From NCBI GenBank assembly GCA_048938295.1, contig JBHLMI010000024.1:1-32000 (forward strand): a DNA stretch of 32,000 bases. The letters run 5' to 3'. This stretch comes from Promethearchaeota archaeon. Its GTDB lineage: Archaea; Asgardarchaeota; Hermodarchaeia; Hermodarchaeales; Hermodarchaeaceae. Below the pieces are notes generated by a model, which saw only the letters and a program-made list of their open reading frames with translations, had not been told where the DNA came from and made no database searches. Every line of letters begins with the position of its first letter. Positions within the stretch are counted from its first letter, which is position 1. The position numbers and the translations under genes are program-made. This document shows, one piece after another, positions 27,427 through 32,000 of the stretch.

Positions 27427-28221
27427 ATGAAAGTTGCTGTTGCTGGAAAAGGCGGAACCGGAAAAACCCTTGTTGCCGGTACTCTTGCCCGGTTCCTTGG
27501 TCGCGAAAACATTCGAGTCCTCGCGGTTGACGCAGATCCGACCCCAACTCTTGCATCAACGCTTGGAATTCCAGCTGAGGTGGCAGCAAAAATCATTCCA
27601 CTAACTGAAAATGATGAACTCGTTGAAGAACGAACTGGGATGGACAAGAAAACCTATGGTGCCATGTTCAAGCTCAACCCTCACGTTTCAGATCTTGCCG
27701 AGAAATTCGGAGTCCCTGGACCTGACAATACTACCCTTCTTATCGCTGGAACAGTGACCATCGGGGGTTCAGGATGTATGTGTCCAGCTGGCGCCCTCCT
27801 CAAAGCGCTCATCCGTTATCTCATTGTGGGCAGCGACGAAGCCTTTGTCATGGACCTTGAAGCGGGTATCGAAAACCTTGGTCGTGGAACCTCACGAGGG
27901 ATGGATGCTCTGATTGTTGTCGTCGAACCAGGTAAAACCTCGATTAACACTCTCGAACGGATAAAGAAGCTCGCTAATGATATTGGCGTAGAAACAGTGT
28001 TTGCAGTAGGTAACAAGGTAATGGATGAGACGGACCAAGAAGCCATCGAAAGTACCCTCAAAGCGATGGATGTTCCATTATTAACCGTCATTCCCTTTGA
28101 CAAGGCCATTCGCCAAGCCAACCTAAAAGGTCAAGCCCCCATTGATTTTGCCCCCGATTCACCGGCAGTTCAATCCATCAAGGCTATGATTCCCAAACTT
28201 CGAAGCCGCTTAAATACTTAG
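27427..28221 (+). CDS. cooC: CODH/ACS nickel-insertion ATPase (CooC/AcsF family)
   Basis: Deviant Walker A GKGGTGKT, DADP, Ni-binding GCMCP, D.EAGIE.LGRG. Confidence 0.9.
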   Translation: MKVAVAGKGGTGKTLVAGTLARFLGRENIRVLAVDADPTPTLASTLGIPAEVAAKIIPLTENDELVEERTGMDKKTYGAMFKLNPHVSDLAEKFGVPGPDNTTLLIAGTVTIGGSGCMCPAGALLKALIRYLIVGSDEAFVMDLEAGIENLGRGTSRGMDALIVVVEPGKTSINTLERIKKLANDIGVETVFAVGNKVMDETDQEAIESTLKAMDVPLLTVIPFDKAIRQANLKGQAPIDFAPDSPAVQSIKAMIPKLRSRLNT

Positions 28222-28245
28222 AGTACCCACGCCAACAATAGGGTG

Positions 28246-28869
28246 ATGGTAATTCAGCTTCAATTCCTTTTCCCATGGATATACCTAACCGTCCTGTTGC
28301 TGAGTCTTATTCTATTCTCTGTTCCCTATATTTACAGCCTCATGCCAGCCAAACTAGCGGAAAAACGTGGAGCCTCTATGTGGAAGTGGTGCAAGCTACT
28401 CCGCACTATTGGCACTGCCTTCATGTTCATCGCGCTCCTTGTCATGGTGCTCTGGATTTGGTTTCCAATCCCAGCACTCGCCTGGCCTATCAATCCGAAT
28501 CCCTGGGTGGATATCATTATCGGAGTCATTGTACTCATAATCCCAATCCCGATCTGGCGGAGAGGTCTTCGTGATGCCGGTTCCGAATGCTATGAACCCT
28601 CCAAGGACTCCCAGATGTTCGGTGGCATCTACAATCACATCCGCCACCCCCAAACCCTCGGTGAAATCAGCTGGTTCATCGCAGTACCTCTTATTGTCAA
28701 TTCCCTTTTCCTGCTTGCCGTTAGCGGATTATTCCTTCTCATATACCTCCCAATCATGATCTATGTCGAAGAAGATGATCTAACTCGGCGATTTGGCGAC
28801 GCCTATCGAGAATACCAAAAACGCACAGGAGTCCTCTATCCTAAATTAAAAAAACCAAAGTCAACCTGA
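28246..28869 (+). CDS. ICMT/PEMT-family membrane methyltransferase
   Basis: GIY..IRHPQ..GE and EE..L..RFG..Y.EY...TG motifs; several TM helices. Confidence 0.85.
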   Translation: MVIQLQFLFPWIYLTVLLLSLILFSVPYIYSLMPAKLAEKRGASMWKWCKLLRTIGTAFMFIALLVMVLWIWFPIPALAWPINPNPWVDIIIGVIVLIIPIPIWRRGLRDAGSECYEPSKDSQMFGGIYNHIRHPQTLGEISWFIAVPLIVNSLFLLAVSGLFLLIYLPIMIYVEEDDLTRRFGDAYREYQKRTGVLYPKLKKPKST

Positions 28870-28882
28870 ATTGGGGATAATA

Positions 28883-29488
28883 ATGTCAACAATAGCCTGG
28901 ATAAACATCTTCATACTAAACCTTGTAACAATTCTCTGTTGGGTGTTCTACATCCGCAGTGTCCAACCGTATACGCGAGCGAAGAAATATGGTGAATCTG
29001 CCTGGAAAACCGCAAAACGAGACCGAATCATATCAGGCATCCTCATGAGTATCCTCACCTTCAATATAATACTGTGGCTCTGGTTTCCGATTCCAGAGTT
29101 CGCCTGGCCTGTTCATCCTAACTGGCTTGTAAGCATCATTATTGGCATTATTCTAGCCTGTATCTTCACGCCAATCTGGTTCAAGGGTATAAAGGATGCC
29201 GGGAAGGAAACCATGGAACCTTCCCCAACCACCGAATTGTATGGAGGAATTTACAACTATATCCGACACCCTCAGGTGGTCGGTGAAATGCCTTGGTTCA
29301 TCATTATCCCCTTGTTCCTCAATTCGATGTTTCTTGTCATTTGGTCCACTATCATGATACTCATCGTCAGCCCCCTCATAATCTACTATGAAGAAAAGGA
29401 TTTGATTGAACGGTTTGGAGATAGATACCGGGAATATCGGCGGCGAACTGGTGCTGTATTTCCGAAGCTCATGAAACCGAAAGATTAA
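28883..29488 (+). CDS. ICMT/PEMT-family membrane methyltransferase, tandem paralog
   Basis: GGIYNYIRHPQVVGE, YEEKDLIERFGDRYREYRRRTG. Confidence 0.85.
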   Translation: MSTIAWINIFILNLVTILCWVFYIRSVQPYTRAKKYGESAWKTAKRDRIISGILMSILTFNIILWLWFPIPEFAWPVHPNWLVSIIIGIILACIFTPIWFKGIKDAGKETMEPSPTTELYGGIYNYIRHPQVVGEMPWFIIIPLFLNSMFLVIWSTIMILIVSPLIIYYEEKDLIERFGDRYREYRRRTGAVFPKLMKPKD

Positions 29489-29554
29489 CGGATTTTCTAA
29501 TCACCCAAAACTTTTCGTATCTAATTATCCCAAGGGATAGGAAGGTGACTTTTA

Positions 29555-30748
29555 TTGAGGGCTATTGTGAACGCCACGATTTGGTGCCCTGTTCAAGGAC
29601 TTATCGAAAATGGGTCAATTCTCTTTGACCGTGGGAAGATTATCGACGTGGGAAAATCCATTGCTATTCCCAGTAAAACCATAACCATTGATGCGGAAGG
29701 CCAATATGTAGTCCCAGGATTCGTGGAAGCCCATGCCCACCATGGGCTCTTCGATGGAACCATTGGCCCAATGGGACAAGATGGCAACGAAATGACAATG
29801 CCTACTACGCCGGAAATGCGTGGGAAAGACGGCTTCCACCCCTTCGAGAATTCCATTAAAGAAATTCTGAAAGGGGGCGTTACCACCGTAAACACCGGAC
29901 CAGGTTCTGGCAATGTTATCTCTGGTGAAGCCTTTGTCTTCAAACCCCTTCTAGAAGCTATAGTGGAAGATATGATTGTCATGTCCCCATCTGGGCTCAA
30001 AGTTGCACTCGGTGAAAATCCCAAACGTATCCACGGCATTGAGAATAAACGGATGCCTATGACCCGAATGGGAATCGCTGCCCTGCTCCGCAAAACGTTC
30101 ACTGATGGTCAGAACTATTTAGATGAATGGAAGGCTTTCGGAGCTAAAGCAAAAGAATCGAAAGAGAAAGGCGAAGTTATCCCCAACCCACCAAAACGAG
30201 ACCTAGGGCTAGAAACCATCGCTAAGGTCCTAAAGCGCGAAATCCCTCTGCATGCCCACTGTCACCGCGCCGATGACATTGCCACCGCGATCCGTATCGC
30301 TGAAGAATTCAATCTCCGACTGGTGCTCATCCATTGCACTGAGGGTCATAAGATAACGAAATTCCTTGCGAAGAAACAATATCCTGCTGTCATTGGCCCA
30401 ACCATCTTTTGGACGAGTAAACCAGAGGTCAAGGAAAAGGGATTCAAGACAGCAGTAATCCTGAATGATGCTGGCATTAAAGTTGCCTTACAAACGGATT
30501 CGTTGACGCCAATGTTCTATTTTCCCTTGCTACCCATGTACGCTATTAAGGAGGGCATGAGTCGAGAGGATGCCCTCAGATGCGTGACCCTGAATCCTGC
30601 AGAAATCCTCAGTTTACAGGATCGCATCGGCTCTTTTGAGCCAGGCAAGGATGCAGACATTATCATCTGGTCCGGGGATCCCTTCGATTTCTATAGCGAA
30701 GTAACTGAAGCGTATATCAATGGAACTAAGGTTCCCTTGGACAAATAG
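29555..30748 (+). CDS. Metal-dependent amidohydrolase (HutI-like superfamily)
   Basis: PGFVEAHAH (HxH), KVALGENPKR, AHCHRADDI, IHCTEG, LQTD, IGSFEPGKDADIIIW. Confidence 0.9.
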   Translation: MRAIVNATIWCPVQGLIENGSILFDRGKIIDVGKSIAIPSKTITIDAEGQYVVPGFVEAHAHHGLFDGTIGPMGQDGNEMTMPTTPEMRGKDGFHPFENSIKEILKGGVTTVNTGPGSGNVISGEAFVFKPLLEAIVEDMIVMSPSGLKVALGENPKRIHGIENKRMPMTRMGIAALLRKTFTDGQNYLDEWKAFGAKAKESKEKGEVIPNPPKRDLGLETIAKVLKREIPLHAHCHRADDIATAIRIAEEFNLRLVLIHCTEGHKITKFLAKKQYPAVIGPTIFWTSKPEVKEKGFKTAVILNDAGIKVALQTDSLTPMFYFPLLPMYAIKEGMSREDALRCVTLNPAEILSLQDRIGSFEPGKDADIIIWSGDPFDFYSEVTEAYINGTKVPLDK

Positions 30749-30810
30749 GCTATTTCATTAATGTCACAAATAATTAGCTACTAGGCATGTAAAAAAAGGA
30801 GAGAGGCTGG

Positions 30811-31025
30811 TTAGTTGATCTTGACTTCGACCGTCTTGATTGCCTCTCGGAATGGAAGCGTAATATTGAAGAAGCCATCCTTGTAATGCGCGGACGTCTT
30901 ATTTACGTCGATGGTATGGGCGAGATGGTAACACGTCGAATACTCAACGGCAGCCCTTCTGTCCGTTGTGCACAACTGTGTTGGGTGGCCTGAACCTCTA
31001 CATCTTTTTTGTCCACGCCGGGGAG
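30811..31025 (-). pseudogene. Hsp20/alpha-crystallin pseudogene (5'-truncated, frameshifted; not in the ORF track)
   Basis: LPGVDKKDVEVQATQHS in one frame; LCTTDRRAAVEYSTCYHLAHTIDVNKTSAHYKDGFFNITLPFREAIKTVEVKIN* in another; single-base slip near 30976; no start codon in frame upstream. Confidence 0.75.
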
Positions 31026-31293
31026 GCCAGCCTTTGTTCTATTGGAAAGAAAGAGATTGTAATATCAATCAATACAAGTATCGCGAATTTCCAACCGTTG
31101 CGCAAATCACCTATAACCCCAAGAGTAACCGGTTGTTTACTAATTGCGGTGATATAAATTAAATTAGACAGCCCCCCGGTTAACACTGTTATCGGAAAAC
31201 CTTGCAGAAGCATCAAAACTTAAAGGATATACTGCTACTATTTGCTTACTATTTCACCTTCTAAATGCGCGCAGAGTTAAGGTTGATTATACA

Positions 31294-32000
31294 TTGACAG
31301 AACAAAAACGAGCACGAATTAAAGCCGATAAACTCGACACTGGATTCGGATCTTTCCGGAATGTCGAAGTGACTATCGGCAGAGTCGTCGACGAAGACTG
31401 GGACGAACCTATGGGACCGACTCCTATGCCTAGTGTTATCACGCTTCGCGACTGGGACCATAAACTCCTCACCCGCTACGAACCCTCCTATATGCCAGCA
31501 TGCCAGCTATGCTGCCTTTGCACTTTTGGGAAATGTGACCTGACGGGTGGAAAACGTGGAGCGTGTGGTCTAGATATTAAAGCACAGTCAGCACGTATTG
31601 TGTTGGCCGCTGCGAACATCGGGTGTGCTGCACATCTAGCGCACTCCCGGCATCTTGTCGATCACTTGATTCACGAATTCGGTCCTCGTTATCCACTTAC
31701 ACAAGGCGAAGGTGTGGAGATTGAAGCACCAGTTTCTCGCTTGGTTACTGGTATTCGTCCACGAACACTTGAGGATGCATCTGCAATTCTAGATTACTGC
31801 GAAACCCAGTTGACCCATACCCTTTCAGCGGTTCATACTGGACAAGAAGGGAGCTGGATAGATTTTGAATCCAAGGCCTTCCACGCGGGTATGGTCGATC
31901 AAGTGGGAATGGAAATTGCAGATCTGGTTCAAATTTCGACATTGGGCTTTCCTCAAGCTGATCCTGAAGCCCCCTTAGTTGAAGCGGGTATGGCATCGAT
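31294..32000 (+). CDS. cdhA: Archaeal CO dehydrogenase/acetyl-CoA synthase alpha subunit, 5' part (runs off the window; not in the ORF track)
   Basis: Open frame from TTG 31294: EPMGPTPMP...LRDWDHKLLTRYEP...CQLCCLCTFGKCDL...GACG...HTGQEGSWIDFESKAFHAGMVDQVGMEIAD. Confidence 0.95.
   Translation, partial: MTEQKRARIKADKLDTGFGSFRNVEVTIGRVVDEDWDEPMGPTPMPSVITLRDWDHKLLTRYEPSYMPACQLCCLCTFGKCDLTGGKRGACGLDIKAQSARIVLAAANIGCAAHLAHSRHLVDHLIHEFGPRYPLTQGEGVEIEAPVSRLVTGIRPRTLEDASAILDYCETQLTHTLSAVHTGQEGSWIDFESKAFHAGMVDQVGMEIADLVQISTLGFPQADPEAPLVEAGMAS

Noticed and set aside
5197-31996. Numerous short ORFs antisense or out of frame within long genes (e.g. 5197-5499, 11752-12129, 24401-24874, 29593-30102, 31745-31996)
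   Set aside because: Shadow ORFs of well-supported genes, including the unlisted cdhA.
1-32000. Transposase, integrase, phage or known defence genes
   Set aside because: None recognised; any recombinase acting on the repeats or the tRNA remnant must lie outside the window.

Overview
Archaeal chromosomal window, most likely from an anaerobic Asgard-type archaeon (inferred from archaeal-type cdhA, fwd, hdrA and cofC, an IPGFP-type surface anchor and a RING-like zinc finger; not provable from this window alone). Bases 1-2750 are a visibly AT-richer accessory stretch: small unrelated genes separated by a family of CTAACAC...GTGTTAG palindromic repeats. Bases 2.8-8.5 kb hold small membrane/helical proteins, an NTF2-like pseudogene, a methyltransferase and two surface proteins. 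Bases 8.6-16.6 kb are carbon/cofactor housekeeping: form IV RuBisCO-like protein, GNAT, ppdK, MFS transporter, cofC and rhomboid. Bases 16.8-26.3 kb are a redox cluster (fwdD-like, fwdF, hdrA-mvhD fusion, FeS-fwdG fusion, fwdB-like) interrupted by two beta-propeller membrane proteins. The rest contains a tRNA-Lys 3' remnant, a methyltransferase, cooC, two ICMT-family genes, an amidohydrolase, an Hsp20 pseudogene and the 5' part of cdhA. Best leads: (1) FwdB- and FwdD-like subunits that have lost the W/Mo ligand, catalytic residues and pterin-binding motifs while keeping the Fe-S wiring, next to HdrA-MvhD; (2) a receptor-like signal peptide / 7-bladed propeller / TM / zinc-ribbon / RING-like protein; (3) a cassette-like repeat system at the left end. 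All family assignments come from motif recognition by eye; no searches were run.
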